A model generated the notes under the pieces. That model did no database searches and was not told the DNA's origin. It worked only from the letters and a program-made list of their open reading frames with translations. Below are positions 36,040 to 45,317 of a stretch of DNA of 64,000 bases, piece after piece (the first letter of the stretch is position 1; each line of letters opens with the position of its first letter). The position numbers and the translations under genes are program-made. The stretch comes from Patescibacteria group bacterium (GTDB taxonomy: Bacteria > Patescibacteriota > Minisyncoccia > Phycocordibacterales > UBA9973), in the NCBI GenBank assembly GCA_038061925.1, contig JBBTYD010000005.1, positions 13,477 to 77,476 of the forward strand, in the 5' to 3' direction.

Positions 36040-38295
36040 TCAGTATCCATTTACTGTAATCGGAATGGTGAGGATTGTTGGGGATGGTGACGAATCTTTG
36101 ACTACAACTTTAGTAGTTCCATACGCAACGCCTGTGACTGTGATGATGTCGAGCTTAAGGCCGGTAATTGTGGCGGTTGCCACGTTGGTATCCAGTTGAG
36201 AAGGAGTTTTAATGGTATAAGGCGCTACTCCGCCATAGGCGCCACCAGTTATGAGCGTATTGATCGTTTGTCCAACACCGACTGATAACGAGACAGGCGA
36301 TGTTATTGTAATGTTAGTGCTAACAATTGCCGCTGATGACGAATCTTTGATCAAAATTGCCGATTGACCTTCGGTGAGACCGGTGATTTGGAGAATATCA
36401 TCAACAATTTTGCTTGTTATCATTGCGGTATTCAACTCTTCTTTAATACTGTAGGGTTTTACACCGCCCGCTATAGGCACATTGATTGTTTGTCCGACCC
36501 TGACTGAAACATTTTGTGGAATGGTTAAGTCTTTGGGACCAATTACGATGATCTCGATCCTGACAGTTTTTACTGGATTGGAAGAATCATTTATTTCTAC
36601 ATAAGTCGAACCCGACGCGACACCGATAATAACCAAGCTTGTGTCGGAAAAGGCTACCACCGCTTTTGTTTCATCGGGACCTGTTTTCATACTATAGTTC
36701 CCTGCACCGCCGGATATGGTTACAGTCTTTGACTGGCTAACACCAATTGACATATTTAGCAGATGGGTAGCTCCATTAGCCAACAATGCTCCTATTTCAT
36801 TTACTGTGACACTGACAGTGACAGTTTTTGCGGGTATCGATGAATCGTAAACCGTGACTGTGACCGGAGTGGTGGTTGGCGTGTTAAGGGCAGTGATTAC
36901 GAGTTTTGGACCAGAAGAGTTAGAAACATCAATCGTGGCAATCGCTTTTGTTTTTGACGCGTCTGATTGGATTATATAGTAAGGCGCTTTGCCGCCAGAT
37001 ATATTTGTACTAGTTCCTTGTTGGACCCTGACTGAAACATTTTGCGGAATATTCAAAACTCCGTCTCCGCCTGCGGTAGTAGCGCCAGATAACGTAGTTG
37101 AACTGTTAAGAGTAACACTGCCGTTATAGCTCCAATTGTTGTTTTCTGAGGCTGATGGATTTACGGTGCTTGCGAGCGCATTCAAACCTTTATTCAAAAA
37201 GTTATTTATTAGTGCGTCAAAAATAGCAGAAAGACTATTACCCAGTGCTGCGCCTAGCTCCGTTTGTCTTAAATTGGATCCTAACGCGTCCATTATTTGA
37301 TTTCCCACTACTGTTCCGGGAGTTGTACTCACTAAACCGCCCGGACAAACATTGGGGCCGGTTGGATTACTCCAGGCGGCTCGCGCGGCCTCCTTATCAG
37401 CGTTATATTTGTTATTATAGGCGTCTATGCCTTTATCGTCAGTCACGGCTGGTTGCGGGTTAGCGGCATCCCAGGTTTTATCATTAAATTTAAAACTTGG
37501 TTTTAAAAATTCATTTATGCCATTGTTATAATTCGGATTGCTTGGACAAATTTGGGGAGACAAGAAACCCATACTTTGTTGAAGCAGGGATTGTATTTTC
37601 TGTGCTGGCGCCATTAATGTTCCTTCTAGCCGGCTTGCCAGATTCTGCTGGATAATCATATTAAATCCGAGATAATTATTTTGTGGATATTGCGTATTGA
37701 TTAAAAATCCGTTCCACCCTCCGTAGTTAAAATCATTTCTAAAGCGGACAAGCAAGCGAGGATCATTTATTACCTTAGACAAACTGTATTGCGCATTATA
37801 TGCGAGCTGACTTTTATAACTAGATATTACATTGAGTGCGGTTTGTGGACCGAAAGGAAATCTAAAAGTATCATAGCCGATCATATCCACTAATCTCCTA
37901 ATTTCAGATTTGGCGATATCCCTAAAGAAAGATTCCGGATTTTCTATAAAGAGAGGTGAACCGTGGAAATCGGAATTAATCCAATTAATAGTGGCTTGAG
38001 TTATTCTCGCTAAGACTGATTTTGCGATTGTCATAAGAATTTGACGAAGGAGAAAGTTTGCAAAATCTTTTAAATGGAGACTCGTGTTTACTACCGTTGA
38101 TGGTACACCTATTGCGTGGAAAGCTTTAGATATCCAGTTTCCGATTGAGTTAATCGTGCTTACATTAGTATTAGCCACATCAGTAACTGGTAGTTGCGCT
38201 CGCGCTCTTTCTGGTATAGATAACAAAACAGAAGGCAATACTATTAAAACAATCAAGAGAGCGGAGATGAATTTTATTGTTTTGTTGTTAACCAT
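36040..38295 (-). CDS. Large secreted surface protein (751 aa) with four C-terminal Ig-like repeats
   Basis: Signal peptide (ISALLIVLIVLPSVLLS). The N-terminal alpha/beta domain has no known catalytic motif. Four repeats of about 90 aa each carry the motif (I/P)xGG.xPY.I(K/Q) ... (V/I)TG(L/V). Confidence 0.45.
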   Translation of the reverse strand: MVNNKTIKFISALLIVLIVLPSVLLSIPERARAQLPVTDVANTNVSTINSIGNWISKAFHAIGVPSTVVNTSLHLKDFANFLLRQILMTIAKSVLARITQATINWINSDFHGSPLFIENPESFFRDIAKSEIRRLVDMIGYDTFRFPFGPQTALNVISSYKSQLAYNAQYSLSKVINDPRLLVRFRNDFNYGGWNGFLINTQYPQNNYLGFNMIIQQNLASRLEGTLMAPAQKIQSLLQQSMGFLSPQICPSNPNYNNGINEFLKPSFKFNDKTWDAANPQPAVTDDKGIDAYNNKYNADKEAARAAWSNPTGPNVCPGGLVSTTPGTVVGNQIMDALGSNLRQTELGAALGNSLSAIFDALINNFLNKGLNALASTVNPSASENNNWSYNGSVTLNSSTTLSGATTAGGDGVLNIPQNVSVRVQQGTSTNISGGKAPYYIIQSDASKTKAIATIDVSNSSGPKLVITALNTPTTTPVTVTVYDSSIPAKTVTVSVTVNEIGALLANGATHLLNMSIGVSQSKTVTISGGAGNYSMKTGPDETKAVVAFSDTSLVIIGVASGSTYVEINDSSNPVKTVRIEIIVIGPKDLTIPQNVSVRVGQTINVPIAGGVKPYSIKEELNTAMITSKIVDDILQITGLTEGQSAILIKDSSSAAIVSTNITITSPVSLSVGVGQTINTLITGGAYGGVAPYTIKTPSQLDTNVATATITGLKLDIITVTGVAYGTTKVVVKDSSPSPTILTIPITVNGY

Positions 38296-38347
38296 AAATT
38301 TGTAACATTATTATAACCTGTATTAGCCCTAGAGGGGAGTCCTGCTC

Positions 38348-39271
38348 CTACTGCTGGGATAATAATTTTTGGTTGATTGCGCTCATAAGATTGTCAACTT
38401 CTGAATCTAATTTGGTCATGTTTTCTTCGTATTTACTTATGCCGCCCAAAGCCATAATAGTGTCGCTGTCATAAAGTTTTATATCGCTTATATTTTCTAC
38501 TAATCTCTCTAACGAGTTTACAACATTTAAATGCAAGGTTGAAACAGATTGTGGCACAGTCATTTTAACCATGCCCTCTACCACTTTTTTCGTTTGTTCG
38601 ATAATTGGATCAAGTTTTACAAGCACGCTGGAATCGACAGTATTTTCATCAACCATAAATTTTTGCAGTACATCCAATACCGTATAATCCATTGCCGGAT
38701 ATTTTTTTTGAAGGCTGTTGAAGGTATTGATATAATTTGTGAAAGTTTTAACGCTGTCGTCACTTGTTGTTTTTATTTCGGAAATTAAAAACACTTTTCT
38801 TGGCGGAGAATTTTGAATCTTGTCTGCCAAAGAAGCGCTCAGTGCGTCTATCGTTGCTTGATCCATAGGCCCATTTTGGCTGGCGGCTGCTACAGTCGCG
38901 AAAAGTTCTCTAGAAAATTTGTCTGTCTGTGTCAAGTTTTCTTTCCCCTGATTATCTCTATTTTCCAGCAAGGGTAGTCCTTGCTGGTTCTGTTCTGTTT
39001 TTGATTTTAATTTACCTATGGCGACATTGTCCGGTGTCCCGGGAGCTGTTTCTTTCTTAGTCGGATCGAGTCCATATAAACCTTCTTCCCAATCCGGTAT
39101 TCCATCGCCATCGGTATCTTTATTTACTAAATCTTTTATTGTCACATTATCATAAGTTAAGCTATTTTCTTGATTAACCGATTGATATGTTTCCTTATTT
39201 TTAAATACGGAAGTTGTTTTTAGAAGAAAAAGCGCGACAACAAAAACCACCGCCAAAACGATCCAAAACAT
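38348..39271 (-). CDS. Membrane-anchored protein with a calcium-binding-like DTDGDGIPDWEE motif
   Basis: N-terminal TM, a DxDxDGxxDxxE motif (thrombospondin-type-3 / dockerin-like), then an alpha-helical domain. Confidence 0.4.
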   Translation of the reverse strand: MFWIVLAVVFVVALFLLKTTSVFKNKETYQSVNQENSLTYDNVTIKDLVNKDTDGDGIPDWEEGLYGLDPTKKETAPGTPDNVAIGKLKSKTEQNQQGLPLLENRDNQGKENLTQTDKFSRELFATVAAASQNGPMDQATIDALSASLADKIQNSPPRKVFLISEIKTTSDDSVKTFTNYINTFNSLQKKYPAMDYTVLDVLQKFMVDENTVDSSVLVKLDPIIEQTKKVVEGMVKMTVPQSVSTLHLNVVNSLERLVENISDIKLYDSDTIMALGGISKYEENMTKLDSEVDNLMSAINQKLLSQQ

Positions 39272-39335
39272 CCTTTTGTATTTTAACCAAATCTTTTTAA
39301 TTATGGATTAATTGTAACACTTTTCAAAAAAGAAA

Positions 39336-40169
39336 CTAGTTTTTTGAGTTTATAGTATCATTTCCTGGATAAAAATTCAGTTTAGCCAGCCCAATCCAGT
39401 CTTGAAGTGATAAATTCTCCGCTCTTTTGTTTCCCAAAGATGTCAAAGTGTCTCTTTGACATACCTCTCTTAGATTAGATGAGAGCTTTTTTCTTTTGTG
39501 CGCAAAACCTGTTTTTACTATTTTCCAAAACTCTTTTTCGTTTATCTTATTGTTTTCAAAAATCCCCCGAGAAATATTTTTTATGGCAATTATGGCCGAA
39601 TTTACCTTTGGCGCCGGAGAGAAATATCTTTTATCAACCTTGGCAACCATTTTTGGCTTTCCATATGCCTTGACGGAAATAGATAAAAGGCTCTCTTTAT
39701 CATCGCGCGCGAGTATTCTTATTGCCACTTCGTGTTGGATCATTAACACCATAAGTTCTGGCTGATGTTTTTCTGTCAGGAACTTTTTCAAAATCCCGCC
39801 AGTAATATTGTAAGGAATATTAGCGATAATTTTATAGGTTCTAGTTTCTAGGTTAGGAGCACTAATATTGAATTTCAAAATATCATCGTGTATTAGCACA
39901 AGAGAACGTTTCTTTATTTCTCTTTCAAATTTAATTTTTAAAAATTCAAAAAGCTCGCGGTCTTTTTCTACAGCTATTACTAGCCCTTGTTTTGCCCCGG
40001 CGAAATGAATGTTTTCTAAAAGCTTGGATGTCAGCGCGCCTTTTCCTGGTCCAATTTCTAAAATTATATCATCGGGTTTTATTTCTCCCGCTTCAATTAT
40101 TTTTCGGAGAACAATTTCCGATTTTAAAAAATTTTGCCCAAGTGATTTTTTCGGTCTCATATGGGTCAT
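39336..40169 (-). CDS. ksgA: 16S rRNA (adenine1518/1519-N6)-dimethyltransferase
   Basis: KKSLGQNFL, the SAM motif EIGPGKGALT and NIPYNI. Confidence 0.85.
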   Translation of the reverse strand: MTHMRPKKSLGQNFLKSEIVLRKIIEAGEIKPDDIILEIGPGKGALTSKLLENIHFAGAKQGLVIAVEKDRELFEFLKIKFEREIKKRSLVLIHDDILKFNISAPNLETRTYKIIANIPYNITGGILKKFLTEKHQPELMVLMIQHEVAIRILARDDKESLLSISVKAYGKPKMVAKVDKRYFSPAPKVNSAIIAIKNISRGIFENNKINEKEFWKIVKTGFAHKRKKLSSNLREVCQRDTLTSLGNKRAENLSLQDWIGLAKLNFYPGNDTINSKN

Positions 40170-42250
40170 ATATAAATGGTTTTTATTCTATATTTTTCGC
40201 CTTCTTTTTCTAATAAATCCGCTCTTATATCCGAAATAAATTCTGCTGGAGCATTTATCTGACGTGCCCCAAAGATGGTGCGAAAATTCGCGAACGATAA
40301 AAATAATTTTTCTTTAGCCCGAGTGACGGCTACATAAAAAAGCCTGCGTTCTTCTTCTCTGTCAATCTCCCCTTCTTCATCATATTTTTGGTGCGGAAAA
40401 AGTCCATCTTCCAATCCTGTTATAAAAATATATTTGAATTCAAGTCCTTTAGAGGCGTGAACAGTCATTAATTTTACTGTTCCAGTTTTCTGGTTCCCTT
40501 TTTTTGTCTCGTCGAAGTCTGGAGTGGAGGCGGATTGATTAATCATTAGTGAATCTTGATCTGATGCGAGTGAGGCGTCTTCTAAAAGCTTTTCTACGCC
40601 CCGACCATTCTCTAGATTATCATATTTGAGCGCTAGAGTTGCGAGTTCTTTTATGTTTTCGAGTCTTTCCATATCTTCGGGAGTACCGAATGAAAGTTCT
40701 TCTTCAATTCCGGATTTTTTTACCACAAATTTTATCACTTCGCTTGTTTTTAAATGATGGATTTTTTCTTTTATCTCTTCTAACGTTTTGTAAAAATTAT
40801 CAATTTTAATTTTCATTTTTATCGGCAAATTTTCTAGATCATTCCCAAAAATTTTAACCAAAGTAACCTTACCAATACCACGCGCCGGAAAATTTATTAT
40901 TCTTTTTATATCCGAAAAACTATCTCTATTTAAAGCTGCGCGCAAATATGCCAAAGTGTCTTTTATTTCTTTTCTTTCAAAAAATTTAACGCCCAAAACT
41001 TGATATGGGATATTGTATCGGAGCATTGCTTCTTCCAGCGCTCTAGATTGGAAATTAGCGCGGTAAAGAATAGCGATTTCAGATAACAACGAAACGGAGT
41101 CGGAGAAAGTTTTAGAATGGTCTGGCCTCGCGGGGCGAGGAGAACCGAAGACCTGAGAAAACTTTTCTCCGATTTCGTTTCGGTCCAAGATCTCCAAAAT
41201 TTTTGTTGCGACAAAGTCCGCTTCGTCATTTTCGTCCAGAGCTTCATAAAGACCTATTTTTTCGCCGGTTTTATTTTTTGTGAATAAATTTTTATCTGGC
41301 CGGTATTTATTTTTTTTAATTATAATATTGGCGGCTTCTAAAATATTTTTTGTCGATCGGTAATTTTCCTCGAGCAATATTATCTTTGTTTTCGGATAAT
41401 CTTTCTCGAAGCTTAAAATATTTTTTAAATTTGCTCCGCGCCAGGAGTAAATGTTTTGATCCGCGTCTCCCACCGCGCAAATATTTTTTTTATCTTCAGC
41501 CAGCAGGCGAGACATTAAATACTGCACTTCATTTGTGTCTTGATATTCATCGATGTGGATATATTCCCATTTTTCTTGATAAATTTTTCTAATTTCCAGA
41601 TTGTCTTTTAATAATTTTGTCGCTTTAAAAAGCAAATCGTCAAAATCCAGCGAATTTTCTTTCGTTTTTCGTTTTTCATATAAATTCCAAACTTGCGCCA
41701 CGATTTTTGAGAGAGGATTCGCTCCAGCATTTTCTTTTTCCGCATAATCCGCCAAATTTATGAATTTTCCCTTTTCGCGCGAGATGATGTTTTTTATTTT
41801 TTTAGGGTCAAACTGTTTTGGGTCTATTCCGAGTTCTTTCAATATTTCTTTTATCAGTGTTGTCGCATCTCCTTCGTCTAAAATTGTGAAATATTTTGTT
41901 AATCCCAACAATCGAGCATTCTCTTTTATGATATAAACTCCCAAAGAATGAAAAGTGCTGACAAACGGAATAGTGTTTTGACCTTTTGCGTTTTTTTCAA
42001 TTTCTAAAATAATTCTTTCGCGCATTTCCTTGGCTGCTTTATTGGTGAAGGTGACAGCCAAAATACGCTCCGGAGCCACTCCCCTTTTTATTAAATTCAC
42101 TATTCGGTGCGTTATTGTTTTGGTTTTTCCCGCGCCGGCTCCGGCCACAATAAGAAGCGGACCGCTCAAATGAGTGGCCGCTTCTCTTTGTTTTTTATTT
42201 AGTCCCGACAGATGTTCTGTGTCTGTAGTCACTCCTGAAATATAACACAA
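40166..42250 (-). CDS. pcrA: ATP-dependent DNA helicase, UvrD/PcrA/Rep family (SF1)
   Basis: Motif I GAGAGKTKT, the Q-motif, the DEYQDTN box and later SF1 motifs. Overlaps ksgA by 4 nt. Confidence 0.85.
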   Translation of the reverse strand: MCYISGVTTDTEHLSGLNKKQREAATHLSGPLLIVAGAGAGKTKTITHRIVNLIKRGVAPERILAVTFTNKAAKEMRERIILEIEKNAKGQNTIPFVSTFHSLGVYIIKENARLLGLTKYFTILDEGDATTLIKEILKELGIDPKQFDPKKIKNIISREKGKFINLADYAEKENAGANPLSKIVAQVWNLYEKRKTKENSLDFDDLLFKATKLLKDNLEIRKIYQEKWEYIHIDEYQDTNEVQYLMSRLLAEDKKNICAVGDADQNIYSWRGANLKNILSFEKDYPKTKIILLEENYRSTKNILEAANIIIKKNKYRPDKNLFTKNKTGEKIGLYEALDENDEADFVATKILEILDRNEIGEKFSQVFGSPRPARPDHSKTFSDSVSLLSEIAILYRANFQSRALEEAMLRYNIPYQVLGVKFFERKEIKDTLAYLRAALNRDSFSDIKRIINFPARGIGKVTLVKIFGNDLENLPIKMKIKIDNFYKTLEEIKEKIHHLKTSEVIKFVVKKSGIEEELSFGTPEDMERLENIKELATLALKYDNLENGRGVEKLLEDASLASDQDSLMINQSASTPDFDETKKGNQKTGTVKLMTVHASKGLEFKYIFITGLEDGLFPHQKYDEEGEIDREEERRLFYVAVTRAKEKLFLSFANFRTIFGARQINAPAEFISDIRADLLEKEGEKYRIKTIYI

Positions 42251-42286
42251 ACTTTTATTTATTCTTACTTTTGGAGTCCCTCAGGA

Positions 42287-43075
42287 TCAGTTGGTACGAA
42301 TTATATTGAATCCGTCTTCGCCTTCCCCAGTGATCTTTGTTCCTTTTTGTTTTTGCAGTTTCTCTTTTCGTGCTTTTTTCTCTGTTTCCAATCTTTCCTT
42401 ATTTTCCTTTTGTATTTCCATATTAGCTTTAGGACGAAGGTTTTGAATGTGAACATTATGAATTGACGCTTCATCGGCTGTTATTGGTTCTCCTTTTGTT
42501 AATTTTGCCTCTATTCCTGCGATGATTTCTTCATAAGTCTCCACTCTAGTTTTTGGTGGAATAGTAGGCGCGGAATTTGTTGCTTTGAATTCCGCTAATT
42601 GATTACTAAAGGCTGTTTCTTTTTCCGCTAATTTTTTTTCATATTCTGATTGCAATTTAGCTCTTATTTGTTCAACAGTCAGAGGTTCATTAGCTAATTT
42701 TTTTGCTTCTGCAGATAAATTTGTTGCCGGAGATGTGTAAGTGCCTGTTTTTTTATTAACGTCAACTTTCTGCTCAATTTTTTTTCCTGTCGGAGTATGG
42801 CTGTCCCACCAACCCAATTTTTTTCCACCTTTATAACCGCCAAAGATTCCAAGTCCAGCCGCCAATGCTCCGATTGTGGCTCGGACTCTATTTTTTGTAA
42901 AAAAGGATGATCCATTATAAGTTTTTTCAAATGATTTTTGGGCTTCACTTGTATGAGAGTTAGGAACATCAATCGGGATTAGATACCCTTCTCTATCCCT
43001 GCGCTCTGGCGGTGTTGGTGGTAAAGGTATTTTTATTGTTTCTTTTTTGGGATTTTGTGACGGTTGTGATTCCAT
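42287..43075 (-). CDS. Hypothetical protein with one TM and a K/E-rich coiled coil
   Basis: TM ATIGALAAGLGIFGGY. The remainder is low complexity and charged. Confidence 0.35.
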   Translation of the reverse strand: MESQPSQNPKKETIKIPLPPTPPERRDREGYLIPIDVPNSHTSEAQKSFEKTYNGSSFFTKNRVRATIGALAAGLGIFGGYKGGKKLGWWDSHTPTGKKIEQKVDVNKKTGTYTSPATNLSAEAKKLANEPLTVEQIRAKLQSEYEKKLAEKETAFSNQLAEFKATNSAPTIPPKTRVETYEEIIAGIEAKLTKGEPITADEASIHNVHIQNLRPKANMEIQKENKERLETEKKARKEKLQKQKGTKITGEGEDGFNIIRTN

Positions 43076-43155
43076 ATTGCTTTAATTATATGTTTTTGGG
43101 TTCAATTTAGCAATACTTGGGTCTATTTAGTTATCCACACTATTATTGACTTTTG

Positions 43156-43184
43156 ACCTATTTTGGGATACATTAAGAATGTAG
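43156..43184 (+). promoter_or_regulatory. Sigma-70-like promoter for the LysM-M23 peptidase gene
   Basis: TTGACT (43156-61), a 17-nt spacer, then TACATT (43179-84). A perfect DnaA box TTATCCACA lies just upstream at 43141-49. Confidence 0.35.
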
Positions 43185-43426
43185 TTCTGAGTAGAGGTGT
43201 TGTACTAAATGGCTGAACGACAGAGATGATAGTAACCATTGCGAGAATCTTTTGTTTGCAGTACTATTTTGGTCGTCCTGTAATTCTACCTTTATTTTGT
43301 AATGTTTAACATAAAGGTCGGAAAGGAATTCTTGCGATATCCATTTGTTTTATAAAACCACTATTTAAAATATTCAACTCTTTTTCGGTCTTTTTCCTGC
43401 TGTCCGGGGCGTTTTTTTTGTCGTCT

Positions 43427-44500
43427 ATGCCTCTGCCGGCGCAAGCGGGATTTTTCTCTTCAATTTTTGGCGATGATGCTTACGCGCAGGCAGATAAAGC
43501 GAATTCGACTTCACCCAGTAAGAATTCACAGACTATGGATCTCCTTCAGGCCAACGTCTCCTCTGCTTCAGTCTTGCAAGATAAGAACAATAATAAAGAC
43601 GATAAACAGAAAGACGCCAAGCAAGACAACTTAATTGACACAAATGTAAATGTGAACATAGTCTCAGATAATGCCATTCTTTCCGCAAGTGGCCCCTTGG
43701 GCGTATCCGATGGCGCGAATGCCCCAGATTCTTCTTCTCTTCAAACAAGCGTATATGTGGTAAAAAAGGGAGATTCTATCTCCCAAATAGCTCAAATGTT
43801 TGGTGTCTCTGTAAACACTATTCTCTGGGCCAACGATATGAAAAAAAGGGACAAACTCAAAGAGGGGGATGTCCTTTTTATTTTGCCTGTTTCTGGACTG
43901 GAACACACTGTTACTAAAGGTCAAACTCTACAAAGTATCGCAAAACTTTATAAAGTGGATGTAAATGACATTATTCAAAATAATAATATTACGGAAGACG
44001 CTAAACTTGCTATTGGTGACACGCTTATTATTCAAAATGCTGAAAAATCTGAAGAAAGTGATAAACCAATTAAGAATCTAAGCGCCAGTATTGCAAAAGA
44101 TAAACTTTATTACGAGCAATATCCTACCCAGAATCTGGCGGGATATTTTATTAACCCTGTGCCTGGGTATAGATTGAGCCAGGGTATTCATGGTAAAAAC
44201 GGGGTGGATCTCGCGATAGCCAAAGGCACTCCGATTCGTGTAGCTGCGAGTGGTCGGGTTATTCTCGCCAGAAATGGGTACAATGGCGGTTTTGGAAATA
44301 TGGTGATTGTTTCTCATCCGAATGGCACAGAAACTCTATACGCTCATCAATCTAAAATAGCCACTTCTGCTGGCGCAGATGTCTCTCAGGGCCAAGTAAT
44401 CGGTTACGTGGGTTCTACTGGACGTTCCACTGGTCCGCACTTGCATTTTGAAGTTCATGGAGCGAGAAATCCCGGAGCGGACGGATCTTGGGCAAATTAA
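43427..44500 (+). CDS. Secreted peptidoglycan hydrolase: two LysM domains plus an M23 (LytM-type) metallopeptidase domain
   Basis: LysM repeats YVVKKGDSISQIAQMFGVSVNTILWAN and HTVTKGQTLQSIAKLYKVDVNDIIQNN. M23 motifs HGKNGVDLA and GSTGRSTGPHLHFEV. The start is uncertain: the ATG at 43427 gives no signal peptide, and the frame is open upstream to 43310. Confidence 0.8.
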   Translation: MPLPAQAGFFSSIFGDDAYAQADKANSTSPSKNSQTMDLLQANVSSASVLQDKNNNKDDKQKDAKQDNLIDTNVNVNIVSDNAILSASGPLGVSDGANAPDSSSLQTSVYVVKKGDSISQIAQMFGVSVNTILWANDMKKRDKLKEGDVLFILPVSGLEHTVTKGQTLQSIAKLYKVDVNDIIQNNNITEDAKLAIGDTLIIQNAEKSEESDKPIKNLSASIAKDKLYYEQYPTQNLAGYFINPVPGYRLSQGIHGKNGVDLAIAKGTPIRVAASGRVILARNGYNGGFGNMVIVSHPNGTETLYAHQSKIATSAGADVSQGQVIGYVGSTGRSTGPHLHFEVHGARNPGADGSWAN

Positions 44501-44535
44501 AAATTTAAAAAATTCTTCGGAACGCAACAGTAATT

Positions 44536-45312
44536 TTATACTCCTCTAAAATGAATTGCCCCGTATAAAACTGCAATACCCAAGACGGTGGCAAAAGTAG
44601 TCCAGGCGGTAGGATGACTATGATGGCTCTCTGGCAATAAGTCCGACGCTCCGATATATAAGAAAAATCCGGCAAATGCAGCCAGAATTATTCCTAGGAT
44701 TGATTCAGGCACGGAAAAAAATAAAGTGGAGATAACGCCCAAAACTGGAGCGAGTGCGTCTACGAGCAACCACTTGAACGCTTGCGCGCGAGTACCAGAA
44801 TTTTTTAGAATCAAGTTCACAGTATTTATACCATCAGAGAAATCATGCACCAAGACTGCTACTGCGACTATAGACCCGACTGCTATCGATACCTGAAACG
44901 CCAGTCCTATTGCTGCTCCATCCAAAAAACTATGCACCGAGAGACTTCCTGCTCCTAATATTCCCCGGTTATTTACATGTTGCGCAATTTCTTCGCCATG
45001 TTTATGTTCATCTTCGCCATGTGAGTGAAAAAAAACAAATCTGTCTAAAATAGTATAGACGATGAATCCAAGCGCCGTGATTGAAGTGATAAAAGAAATT
45101 TCATAATTTTTACTGCCTAATTCTATCGCTTCTGGTAATAAGTCAAAAAATGCCACGCCGATAATTGCGCCAGCCGAAAATCCCAAGACCAAATGTAATT
45201 TATCTTTAAATTTTAAAGCAAAAACACCACCCAAAAAGGTGGACACCATTGCTCCTAAACTTATTAGTATAATCATAACTTCTTTATTGTAACAAATCGA
45301 AGCTATTTTCAA
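44536..45312 (-). CDS. ZIP-family metal (zinc) transporter
   Basis: 8 TM helices, metal-binding HSFLDGAAIGLAF and HDFSDG, and a His-rich loop HSHGEDEHKHGEEIAQH. Confidence 0.75.
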   Translation of the reverse strand: MKIASICYNKEVMIILISLGAMVSTFLGGVFALKFKDKLHLVLGFSAGAIIGVAFFDLLPEAIELGSKNYEISFITSITALGFIVYTILDRFVFFHSHGEDEHKHGEEIAQHVNNRGILGAGSLSVHSFLDGAAIGLAFQVSIAVGSIVAVAVLVHDFSDGINTVNLILKNSGTRAQAFKWLLVDALAPVLGVISTLFFSVPESILGIILAAFAGFFLYIGASDLLPESHHSHPTAWTTFATVLGIAVLYGAIHFRGV

Positions 45313-45317
45313 AAGAA

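Noticed and set aside
43076-43306. c-di-AMP (ydaO) riboswitch upstream of the LysM-M23 hydrolase
   Set aside because: The context is suggestive, but I could not find the conserved ACGGGGAGCC / GGUCCCGAG blocks by eye. It is left as an unclassified structured leader.
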